Positions 1 to 11,194 of a stretch of 64,000 nucleotides of DNA are shown here, piece after piece (the first letter of the stretch is position 1; each line of letters starts with the position of its first letter). Source of the DNA: the human T2T-CHM13v2.0 reference genome, Homo sapiens; the NCBI RefSeq assembly GCF_009914755.1, contig NC_060937.1. The stretch is one strand, 5' to 3'. The translations under genes and the position numbers were made by a program. The notes under the pieces were generated by a model. That model did no database searches, had not been told where the DNA came from, and saw only the letters and a list, made by a program, of their open reading frames with translations.

Positions 1-300
1 GATGTCAGTGCCCACTGAGTCAATCTCACACAAGGGCAAGGTTCAGTAAATATTTGCTGAATAGATTAAGTATTAGGAGAAAGTTCAACAGCCTTCAGCA
101 AAACCTGCAATGAGAAGGTAAGGAAAAGGTAGCAAAGCCAGGACGACCCAAGCTCCCTCCTGCCTGATTCCCTTTACAACTATGCCTAGTACTTCCATAT
201 GATAAATTCTAATTAAATATTTCTCTTATCCAGCCCTGTCATTCATTGCTTCCAACCTCTCCTAGAGTTTTGATAGTACACAATATAAAATTCTTCTTTC

Positions 301-366
301 TCTCTTATGTATCTCTTATGTATCTTTTTTCTCTCTTATGTATCTCTTATGTATCTCTCTTATGTA
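301..366. repeat. Short tandem repeat, unit TCTCTTATGTA (about 5 copies, interrupted)
   Basis: tctcttatgta is repeated directly, with short T/CT spacers. Confidence 0.85.
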
Positions 367-941
367 TATGAAGGCCAAAGGTGAACACAACACAGTTTCA
401 GATGGGATATCTCTTTCCCCAAACTCTCACATCATACCTAGGAGAAGGAATAGCTAATCTTTTCCTGCCTAATAATTGAGATCATGAATAAGTGGGACTT
501 AGAGACTAAAGAAAAGATTTATTCTCACCAAGTATGTTCATGCTTCAGTCTTGTCTCAGATCTGTTTTTATAGGGACTGTCAGATCCATTTTCTCTCCTA
601 TTTGGCCCACAAGGAAGCTATTAGGGATGAGGCGCATTGAGATTATTTCCAAAAAATATATTGGCTATGCCTAGTTGTATAACCAAGTTAGAATATTTTG
701 GTAATAACATGACGCTCATTTCAAACTGCATTTGTATACTTTTTGTACAATATTATATGTATGTATACATTTTTAAAGACCAGGGGCAAGAGCATATTAA
801 AACTTTCCCAATTTCCTTTTGAGGACAGAATCGGAATCTCCCAGTAACAGTGACAACCATGGTTACCCTTGGTTGAACACCTGCTGTATCCTTTCAACAA
901 ATACTCTACCAAGTACCAGGCACAAGGAATACAATACAGAA

Positions 942-1312
942 TGCTTTGATTTGGCTCTGTGTCCCCACCCAAATGTCATCTCTGAATTGTAATCCCCATA
1001 ATCCCCACATGTCAAGGGAGGGAACTGGTAGGAGGTGATTGGATTACGGGGGCAGTTTTCCCCATGCTGTTCTCGTAATAGTGAGTGAGTTTTCACAAGA
1101 TCCAATGGTTACATAAGTGTTTGACAGTTCCTCCTTCACACACTCTCTCTCACCCACCGCCATATAAGACACGCCTGCTTCTCCTGCCATGATTTTAAGT
1201 TTCCTGAGGACTCCCCAGCCATGGGGAACTGTGAGTCAATTAAACCTCTTTTCTTTGTAAATTACCCAGTCTTGGGCAGTTCTTGATAGCAATATGAAAA
1301 TGGACTAATACA
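942..1312 (+). mobile_element. THE1D-like MaLR solo LTR, nested in an L2 3' fragment
   Basis: tgctttgatttggctctgtgtccccacccaaat ... gaactgtgagtcaattaaacctctt ... ggactaataca. The flanks (ttcaacaaata...ccaggcac / gacaagacagagtcc) rejoin as an L2 tail. Confidence 0.9.
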
Positions 1313-1369
1313 GAGGACAAGACAGAGTCCTTGCTCTGGTGACATCTTGGTCTTTCTAGATGCCTTATG

Positions 1370-1545
1370 TATTTATTTCAAATCCTCACAGCACTCTTGT
1401 AAAGAACATTCATTTCTTTATTATACAGGTAAGAAATGTTAAGTCTAGAGAGATTAAGTAGCAAGCCTGAGGTCGTGTAACAAACAAGTGGTGTAACGGG
1501 GATTGCAGCCCAGGTCTGTCAGATTCAAAGACAAAGACTTTCCCA
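1370..1545 (-). mobile_element. MIR SINE fragment
   Basis: aatcctcacagc...agagagattaagtag...cccaggtctgtcagattcaaag (MIR core); boundaries approximate. Confidence 0.7.
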
Positions 1546-2839
1546 GCATGCCATGCTGTTTCCTCAGTAATTACCTTCCCCCCAGCACCAGATAGACTTC
1601 AGCCTTTGAGGAGCCAGCCATTTAAGGGAGGACTGTTACCCACAGCGTACTATATATAGGGAACCTATTGATAAGAAATGTAGTTGTTAGTGCTTCAAGC
1701 CCCAACCAAGCTTACTACATTCACCAATTTCAATCCTCATCAAAGGCAGGGAAGAGCCTTCATTATTCCACTATCTTCCACAACCGCAGTTACCCAACAG
1801 TTCAGAACTTTGCAGATTTGTGGAAATTCCCCAAGGGAAGGGAGAAAAAACCTGAATCTCTGCCTTTGAATTTCAGATGTGTTGATAACCTTCTTCCTAT
1901 CCTATCAGGGAAGATGAAACTGATCTCACTAGATATCATTTAACTATATTTGGAATAATTTCAAACCTAATATCTAGGAAAAGATTGGTTTGTCAGAGAT
2001 AATCTAAATTAAGAAGGAAGACTTATTACATTCCAATTGAAACCATCCATTCAATTAATTCTTACTACCGACGAGGGTAGAACCCATTAAAGATGAGCAG
2101 GATGGCCTTCAGGTACTTAATTTTCTCTAGACAGTTTTTCCCAATCCACAGCTCAAATGAAGATTAAAAAAAAAAAAAAAAAAACCCTAAGAGAACAGAA
2201 CAGAGAATGTAATAACTTCTGTCTCTAGCTATTGGGGCTTAGTTTCCTCATCCGTGAAAGGAGGGGTTAATCTAAATGTCCCCTACCAGCTCTAATAGTT
2301 TATAGTTTTATGAACATTATCACCTTGATTATTACAGGTTTCTTTTTCCAGCATCCAGATCTTTTTTTTTTTCTCCAGATCTTTTTCCTTTCAAAATGTT
2401 CGGGGAAAATAATATCTTGGAAATTCAGATGGAGAGAATATCTTCTTTCAGATATCAGGATTAGTTTAGAATTTAGTTCAAATAAATATATTTTTGTTCC
2501 AGTAGCATTTATCTGTTTTTTCCTTTGAGCTCCTGTATTAGCATGTCCGTTGTAAGGCAGTGAGCATATTATTCCTTTTTTTACGGTTATTTTTGTGCTT
2601 ACTTTCTCCTGCCCAGGATTATAAATTATTTGAGGACAAGAGTTACATCTTATTCATTCTAACATTCTGCAAAGAGTCTTCCTAACACATTGTTTTACAC
2701 ATGGAAGAAGCAGTACATTGTGCTGAGTTGAATTCAGAACATGAAAATATAATGCCAGAGAGACTTCCAGCGATAAGGAATAGAAAATACCTTAAAATGT
2801 ACTTGAAGTTAGTCTAGTATTCTTTAGACTAGGATAGCA

Positions 2840-3078
2840 GTTACCAGGTCAGATTTTTGACATGAGACTGACATGGGATCTAGTTGTTCTATGTTGTGTG
2901 ATTTGGGGCAAATTTTTTATCTGTCTAAATTAACTCACATTAAAAATGAGAATGACTATAGTACCTACTCATAAGGTTGTTTGAGAGCACAATGATATAA
3001 TCCATGTAAAATGTTTACCATGGAGTAAGTCAAATCAAAACCACTCCCAAAGGCTAAGCATTTTAATTGCTATTATTA
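2840..3078 (+). mobile_element. MIR SINE fragment
   Basis: tgtgtgatttggggcaaat...aaaatgagaatgactatagtacctactcataaggttgtt...gctattatt. Confidence 0.7.
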
Positions 3079-4419
3079 AAAATATCTATGGTACCTAAAT
3101 TCTAAAGAGCACTGACTCATTGGTCTTGTCTCACCTATGATAGTCTGTGGGGTTGTTTTTAGCACCTAAGGTCGGAAGATCAGACTTGCAATCCACACCC
3201 CTTCATTAAACCCGTGGATGTATGGTGTTATTTTTGATGGCAGGGAATCACTTAGAAAGGGAGATGGATCTCTAAATAAATGTCTATGAACAAGGCTTTT
3301 AGGAGAAAGCAGGCTCAAGGGAAGGGGTAGTGCAGGAGACTGTGTCAGCAATCCAACTCTAGTCTGTGCCTGTTGGCTACATCAACACCTCCATAGCAAA
3401 GAGCTTTAGAGGAATTTCCATGTAATAATAATTTCCACACTATTCTTACATTGAGAGAAAAATTGGCCTGCTTCATTGACAGGTTGTTTGGTCCCTTCTG
3501 CCTGATTTCTAAGAAAAAAGTGAATGGCCATACTATTTATAAAGCTTTACATTCTATTTCTACTTCTTTAGTTTTGTTTTTAAAGGAAAAGAGCATGTTC
3601 TCAATGATTTCTAAATTCACATCATCTTCTCTATTCAAATTCTATTTGTATTCTGCCTATCAGTTCCCACTTACTGCGCTCCACCGAGAAACAGGGACCT
3701 TGAAACATCATTTATTCTTTGATGACTTCATTACCTAGCACACATAAAAATGGGGTTTGTTCTATTCCTGCTTGTAATATTGCTGGATAACAGGGTCAGA
3801 TTTTTCAGGTGCTAGGGCAGAGGGAAGAGGGAAGCACACCTTTTTTTAGAAAGTAAAATGAAGGTTTGAAAACATGCTTATGATGCATTTATGTGATACG
3901 CATCCAGAGCGAACTAGTTTTAACTTTCCTTGCATGTAAAAGGGATACAACAAAAGTGTTCTCCTTTTGATGATAAAGAAAAACTCCTTTTTCTCTAATC
4001 TTTAGAGATTTTTCTGAAGATTTGCTTTCACTTTAACTTCAGGGCCGTAAGATGAGAAGATTACATTTAATGTAGCCTACTCAAGAATAAATGATTGAAA
4101 CACAATTCAGCTTTAACACTCAATGTGTATTCTTAGGAACAAGAGAAGGTGCTCTCCTGGTCTCCTGAAAAAAAGTCTCCTTCTGACTTCTTCCTACTTA
4201 AGAGAAGAGCACCTGCCATGGAACTGTGCTTCTCATGGGCAGTGAAGTATTGTGTTAGAGAAATTTCATGGCCTCTGCCCAGTCTCATAAATACACCTCC
4301 TTATCCCAGCTCTCAGCACTTCCCTTCTGTGTGGTGATATGCAATCTGGTTTGGTTCTGATCGAGTCATTGCCTCAGCCAGCCTACATGTAAACATGTGA
4401 AGGAGTCACATCTGTGGGG

Positions 4420-4838
4420 GAAACATGCTCATTTGTAGTGTTTGCCCATTTCTGTGGTGTAATTACTCCCTCGTGCAGATTTCAAACTACCCACATAATG
4501 TCACTGAACACAGAGTAGAACACCCTGATGTAACATTTCCTCCTTATAGATACGACTGACACAATTAACCTTAAGAGCATAGATAACAGTAAAATACTTA
4601 GAAAGTAATGAGATTTTAGTATAATTATTAACTTTGTTATTAATATAATTCATATAACTGTAAGTTTATACAACTTAATTTTTAATAATCAATGCGTTTG
4701 TTAATAAACACATTAATAATGTGTTTATTATTATTAACAATGTGTTTGTTAAACGCAGTTGTTACTGGCTTATGAAATTCCTAAAAACTTAACATGTAGT
4801 TGCATGGCCCAGTAAGACCTGGGTCCAGCATACCACTG
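4420..4838 (-). mobile_element. MER63-family (hAT-Blackjack) DNA transposon remnant
   Basis: Ends tccagcataccactg (reverse complement of the MER63 terminus CAGTGGTGTGCTGGA). Internal atttgtagtgtttgcccatttctgtggtgtaa and aaccttaagagcatagataa match the recalled consensus. Confidence 0.75.
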
Positions 4839-4839
4839 C

Positions 4840-5030
4840 TTTTCTAGGAAGATTTCTCAGATGCTCCAGCCTGGGTGAGTTGCCCCTGTGCGTGTTCCGT
4901 CACACTTCTTACATTCTATAATAATTGCCTGATTTCTTCTCCAAACCCTCTTGGGAGCAGGGACGTGTCCAATTGGCATATCCCCAGCACTTATGTTTGT
5001 GACACTCAACAAATATTTGTTGAATCGTAG
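4840..5030 (+). mobile_element. L2 LINE 3' end fragment
   Basis: gagcagggac...tatccccagcac...actcaacaaatatttgttgaat, a typical L2 tail. Confidence 0.65.
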
Positions 5031-7139
5031 GTGGAAGGAATGGTAGAGCCCGTCTGATGTAAATTACATGCTTACTTATATTCTGCAAAGTGATCTTACA
5101 GAACTGCTTTAAACCTTACAAGCAAAGGGCATATGAAATAATAATCATGTAGTCAGGCCAAGAGGATTAGGGCTTTTTTCCTCTCCACACTCAAAAATTT
5201 GCTTTGTAAAGTTCCTTGTAACTCCTCCTTCCTCACCATTTGGGAGGAAATATCAAGGTGTTTTGCTGCCTGAGAAATGCAAATCCTTCAGGGAAAAATA
5301 TCTTCTCATGCAATGCAAATGAAAAGAATTTCTTTTATTGTAGAAAAGATTTTAAGAAGTATGCAATACATCCGACAGATATTCTGGAACCAAGCTGTGT
5401 GAGCATCAGGAGTAAATTTTTTAAACCTTAAAACTGACACAGTAGCTGGCTTTTTAAAATTGAGGCCAATGAAAAGTGGACAAAACTAAAACTGATGGCT
5501 TGCCTTGGTTCAGTAGAACCCAAAATTCTCCTAACAGAGTGCTGAACCCATCCAGGGACATAGAGTTTGCCAGAGAACTTGGCCTGAGGACCATTGTAAT
5601 CAATCTTTAAGGAAAGAAACGCATGAATCAGGGAGCAAAGAAAAAAGAGAAAAACAAAATGAGAGGAAAGGGAAGACAAAAGATGACTAGAGAAGAGATT
5701 ATTCTAAGATCTAAGGATGAATAACTGTTTTGTTAGAAGGCAACCCGTAAAAAATTACCACACTAATTAAAAAAAAAACTGACATTTAAAATGCCTTTGT
5801 AGTGAGTATAATAATTTTATATCTAAAGAAAAAGTCGTCATCAAGATGTTTTAAGTTTATATTCAGGAAACCACTTTTTATGCTATTAGATAAATGCTGT
5901 TAGAAATCCCCTAAAAGTGTGTGAAATGAATTTCTAAGGTGCCAGTTATCTTATGTAATAGTATAATGTAGCTCCTTTTGCTACTACTTTTAATGAAATT
6001 TTTTTAACATATTTCAACTAATTCTGATTTGCTTCCTAATGATACGTGAATGCTCCCAGGCACACACATTTCAGTCACCACTTCCACTTTGAGAAAGGCC
6101 CTAGCTCTGTGCTTAACCTAGACCATCATTGGCAGGGATAGGATACAACTGCTCCAATGTACAGGTGCCGCTGTTTATCATTTTGACAGATTGGTGATAC
6201 CAGGAAGTAAAGAGCCCAAGTTGTCTGCCACTTTGCAGTAAGCAGTGGCCATTGCCTGAGCTCTGAGCCCAGCTGTCTCCAGCACCCACGGCTCTGATAG
6301 CTCTCCCACGGGCCAATCAGGAAGCCAATCTAACTATTTTGTGTGCAAGGTCCTCCTAACTGGCTTATCAAGCTCACTGAGTGGCTATTATCAACTGATC
6401 AGGAAACAGTATTTTGGGTCTCGTTATCACTTTAAACAAAGTTGTCCATTTGGCTTTGCTTTAATTTAGCCCAGTAAATGTAGTAAAGGAAATAGCAAAT
6501 AATTTGTTTTACATGGATACATGATTCATTCCTTCAGTCTGAGGAAGAAATGTTCAACCTTGATTTTGAAGAGATAATTGATCATTTGAGATAATGCATA
6601 TAAAACACATAGCACAGTGAAGTGTCTGTCCTATCATAGACACTTGATGAGTGTTCATTGTCTTTCCTTTCCTATCTTTTCTTTCTCATTACAGAAATCT
6701 ACATGCTAATTGCCTTCAATAAATGTTTGCAAAAGGGGACGATTATGACTAAAAATTTTATTTCTTCATAATCTTTCATTCTCAATTTTTTCAAACACAT
6801 ATCATGTGCTGGTAACTCCTACAGATACTGGGATACAGTAATGAACAAAATGTATGAAAACCTATTCATCATAGAGCTTAAATTATTCATGGGTAATTCT
6901 GCGTAATCCTTAGATTTGATTTATTAACCATTATTATTCTATTTAATTACAGATTACTTACTTAAAATAAGGCACCATTATACCTCATGTTTTCAGTGTA
7001 TTCTTCTATGCATCATATCATTCTATCTTCCCAACAGCTTTGAGAATTGGGGAGAACATTGTAACCCCAAGGTCACACAAGTATTAGGAGAAAGATTAAT
7101 ATTAACATTCCAAACTTATAGACTTGTGTTTCTGACCTT

Positions 7140-7513
7140 TTACAATGTTCTGAATGTATGTGTCTCTCCAAATTTCATATACTGAAATCCTAACACCTAA
7201 GGTGATGGTATTTGGAGGTGGAGGCTGTGGGAGGTAATTAAGACATCTGGGTGAAGCCCTCATGGGCTGGATTAGTAGTGCCCCTGCAGAAGAGGCCTGC
7301 AGGAGCTTGTTAGTCCTTTTTGCCCTTCAGCCATATTCGGACACAGCAAGAAGGTGCCATCTATAAAGCAGAGGGCCCTCGCCAGATACCAAATCTGTTG
7401 GCACTTTGATCTTGGATTTCACAACCTCTATAACTGTAAGAAATAAATTTCTGTTGTTTATAAATTACCTAGTGTAAGGCATTTTGTTATAGCCACCAGA
7501 ATGCACTGATAAC
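7140..7513 (+). mobile_element. MLT1A/MLT1A0-like MaLR LTR
   Basis: ctgaatgtatgtgtctctccaaatttcatat...ttgatcttggatttc...aactgtaagaaataaatttctgttgtttataa...tgttatagc. Confidence 0.85.
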
Positions 7514-8975
7514 ACCTATTGGTTACTCCACAGCCATTTCTTGTGAAAATAATGGCTGCACCTGGACAAATGTATGGTATCCACACTAATGAAGATACGA
7601 TAGCTTCTATTTCCTTGAGTATAAATGGAATATATTTGAATTTCCCAAGTAGTAATCTAACAGTTCATTCATTGACACTGTAATATAAATTAGAATCTCA
7701 TAGGTAAATAAAACATTACCCTTAAAACATCAAATCTAATTAAATCCAGGTAACATTAACTGTTACCTGGATTTAATATAAAAGATTAGAGCTCTGTTTG
7801 CAAATTTCAATATTTGCCTATATGAGAATAGCAGCACCTTTCCCCCATTATGGAAACCTGCTGAGTAGAAAGTGGGAAGACAGAATTTTTAAAAACCACA
7901 GGAGCCGAGACGGGATTTACCTGCAGCCACTGCTTTTCAGGTTACCAGTAGTGACTTTTTAAATGTATAATCAAGCTGCAAAAGACAATGAAGAAGATAA
8001 AGAAGATAAAGAGGTAAAGGTATAAAGCTACATGTGCCTCCAAAAGAGTGGGCACCTTAGTTTATTTTAAGAGAAATACGTTAAGATGCCCTAATATTTT
8101 TAAAGGAAAAATACTTGTATTTGGAAACCTAAGACATAGCACTTAAACCTGTTATCACCACACCTCCTCTTCCTTCCCATCCCTCCAGAATTATAAAATG
8201 TTTCTCCTTTCAGCCCTTCCTATCCTAATGTCAGCTTCTTTAATCTCAGAATGCCAACAGACTTCTGAGACATTATCTTAGTAATCCTCTTAAGAGAGAG
8301 GATTCATGAGCCAGATATCTTCCTAAAATCCACAGGTTTTGCAAGTCAGCTAGGTGGAAGGAGAATTGCTTTGTACATCTGTAGCATCTGTCTGCATTGA
8401 AGCTTCCAAATACTTTCCCGAATTATCTAATTATCACTTTCAACATCCCTTGGAGAGAAGCAGGCAGCGGTCAGGAGGTGGTAATACCGATTCTGTTTCT
8501 TAAAGGGGTAGAGCGAATGATTTGTACCACAATAAGTTGGCTTATCCTGCAGCGATAACCTCTAAAAACTTCTGTTCTGTTGTAAAAAGAAGCCCTTTAG
8601 TGTCTTAAAATAGCATTCTTCTCTGGAATTAAAAGCAGAGGAGGGTGGAACAGCTTCACAAATACCTCTAAGTAAATGCAGTTCTATCTGAATCACGTCT
8701 CTCCTTGGCAGGTTACAACCACCTTCACAGTATATCTCAGGGTGGGTTCTTTGGAACACCAGTCTTATGAGAACCCCATGAGGAAACCATGGTCAAATAG
8801 TTTTGGGAAACACTACTGATGTCATCCTCCCTGTCAATGAGTCTGACCACATGTTATCATGATGGAGCCCTTGTGAAGTTACCTAATTTAACTTTAATAG
8901 GTGGAATCTATGATTTATATAACAGCCATTTGCCCTTAAAATAATATTTTGTGGAAAACATTTAAGAGACATCCA

Positions 8976-9145
8976 TTAGCAGGGTGTGGTTGGCATGCAC
9001 CTGTGGTCCCAGCTACTCGGGAGGCTGAGGCAAGAGGATAGCCTGAGCCCAGGAGGTTGAGGCTGCAGGGTGTTGTGTTTGTGCCATTGCACTCCAGTCT
9101 GGGCAACGGAGTGAGACCCCGTCTCTAAAATAAAATTAAAAGATT
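8976..9145 (+). mobile_element. Alu right monomer (FRAM or 5'-truncated AluJ) with degraded A-tail
   Basis: cctgtggtcccagctactcgggaggctgaggcaagaggatagcctgagcccaggaggttgaggctgcag...gagaccccgtctctaaaataaaa. Confidence 0.9.
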
Positions 9146-9865
9146 TTTAAAAGGTTAAAAAAAGAAAGAAAAGAACAAGAAACATCAGACCAGACATTTT
9201 TTCTTCAAATTTTCTTATCTAGAAAGCAAAACTTCTGGAAAATACAGATTATGGCATGATAAAATTAACTATCAGGTATGTACTTTTCTAGACACATGGT
9301 TCTGTTTTTCTGCCTTACATATTGTACTTTATCATCATAGTATATCTGTGTGGTAAATAATATTGTTATTCCCATTTGACAGACGAGCAAACTGAGGCTC
9401 AGAGAGGACCCTGTAAATGTTGGCATGGCAATAGGCTGTCCTCAGCCTCATCCATCTGCCCACCTATATATACTTGTCCTTGGTAAATGCAATCAGTTTC
9501 AGGGCTTTAAGTACCATCTTTAAGCTGATGATCCCAATCTCCATCTCCAGCCATAACCAACTGATCTACTGACTCTCATTGAACCTATGGCCCTATCCAT
9601 CACATTATTATTTCTCAATTGTTTTTTTCCCTTATTCAAAATGTAAAATGTTGGGATACCCAAGCCACTGAGGAAAAGGCTAACTGGTCTCTTATACTAA
9701 CCTAGCCATGGCCTTCATGAGCCACAAAACTGTGCCTAACTATACTGCTGCTAGAGCAAACTCAGAAAATTGAGACGGTCCAAATTTTCTGCCCAAAAAT
9801 TTCCTTTGTCACCCACCTCGTGACTCTCATATTTTAAAAATACTTTTTTCAGGATAACAGATTGC

Positions 9866-10230
9866 TTGCTTCTTAGTCTGCTCAGGCTGCTATAACACAA
9901 TGCCATGAACTGGGTGGCTTATGAAAAACAGAAATTTATTTGTCACATTTCTGGAGGCTGGGAAGTCTAAGATCAAGGCTTTAGCAGATTTGATGTCTGG
10001 TGAGGACCTGCATGGTGTTTTATAGATGATGGCACCTTCCCACTGTGTCCTCACATGAGACAAGGGTGCTGTCCGGATCATTTGTTGTTGTTTTTTTAAT
10101 AAGGGCACTAATCCTATTCTTGAGGGTAGAGCCTAATCACCTCCCAAAGGACCTACCTCCTAATTCCATCACATCTGTGATTAGATTTCAACTTATGAAT
10201 TCTTGGAGGACACAAATATTCAGACACATG
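9866..10230 (-). mobile_element. MLT1A/MLT1A0-like MaLR LTR
   Basis: tcttagtctgctcaggctgctataac...aacagaaatttatt...ctggaggctgggaagtctaagatcaagg...cacaaatattcagac. Confidence 0.85.
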
Positions 10231-10442
10231 TATTAAACATCAAATTATTAATTTTTACTTTGTAAGTCATCTAAGTTATATGATGGATATATGTTAAGGT
10301 ATATTCTCAGTATAAGACTAATACAAAAGTTTTTTTATCATTTCTAAGCAAAAACAACGGCAAAGTACTCCTTTGTAAACCATTCTCATTAGGTTTTGTA
10401 AAATTCTGAAAAATAGCTCTTGATCCCTAGGCTGGGAACTTC

Positions 10443-11194
10443 TGTAATGGAGGGGTCCTTGCGCCCAGAGCTCCCAAGATGGCCACGGGTGGCTTCCAAG
10501 ATGGCGACAAGCCTCTTGATCTCTGACCTGGGGTTCTTGGCCTCACAGATTCCAAGGAATGGAATCTTGGGCCATGGGGTGAGTGTTACAGCTCTATTAG
10601 AAGCCGTGGGTCACGGAAGAGAACCGTGGAATCCAGCGACTAGTGCTTAGCTGAATTAGGACAAACCGAGGCACTTAGCCGTGCAGGAACAATGGCAAGC
10701 CTTTAGCCCCATCTGGAGCGGCAAGGGGCACCTCGCTGGATCAGGAGCACAGTGGACACCCGCGGGATCCGGAGGGGTGGGAGTCAGCAGTGGGTCTGCA
10801 ACGGCAGCAAACAGCAGTGGTGGATGGTGAGCGAAAGCTCAGCTCCAGCCGTAACAAACACAGACCAGAAGAGTGTGCAGTTGCAAGATTTAATAGAGTG
10901 AAAACAGAGCTGCCATACAATGGGAGGGGACCCAAAGAGGGTAGCCCTTGCTGGCTGGAATGCCTGGGTTTATATACCGATCATTGTCCCTCCCCCTGTG
11001 CTCTTAGGCGATAGATGATTGGCTATTTCTTTACCTCCTGTTTTTGCCTAATTAGCATTTTAAGCTCTCTTTACTACCTGATCTGGTGTGAGCTAAGTTG
11101 CAAGCCTCGTGTTTAAAGGTGGATCCGGTCACCTTCCCAGCTAGGCTTCAGGATTCTTAATCGGCCTAGGAAATCCAGCTAGTCCTGTCTCTCA
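10443..11194 (-). mobile_element. HERV-W (HERV17) solo LTR17, antisense to GPC6
   Basis: The minus strand begins TGAGAGACAGGACTAGCTGGATTTCCTAGGCCGA (LTR17 start) and ends in CA. 4-bp TSD CTTC at 10439-10442 and 11195-11198. Minus-strand ATGCTAAT, CCAAT, TATATAAA and ATTAAA are present. Confidence 0.95.

Noticed and set aside
301-366. Repeat with short spacers, superficially array-like
   Set aside because: Simple 11-bp slippage minisatellite with no unique spacers.
5007-5024. 18-nt palindrome tcaacaaatatttgttga
   Set aside because: One change away from the ordinary L2 3' tail (tcaataaatatttgttga), so it is explained by the repeat.
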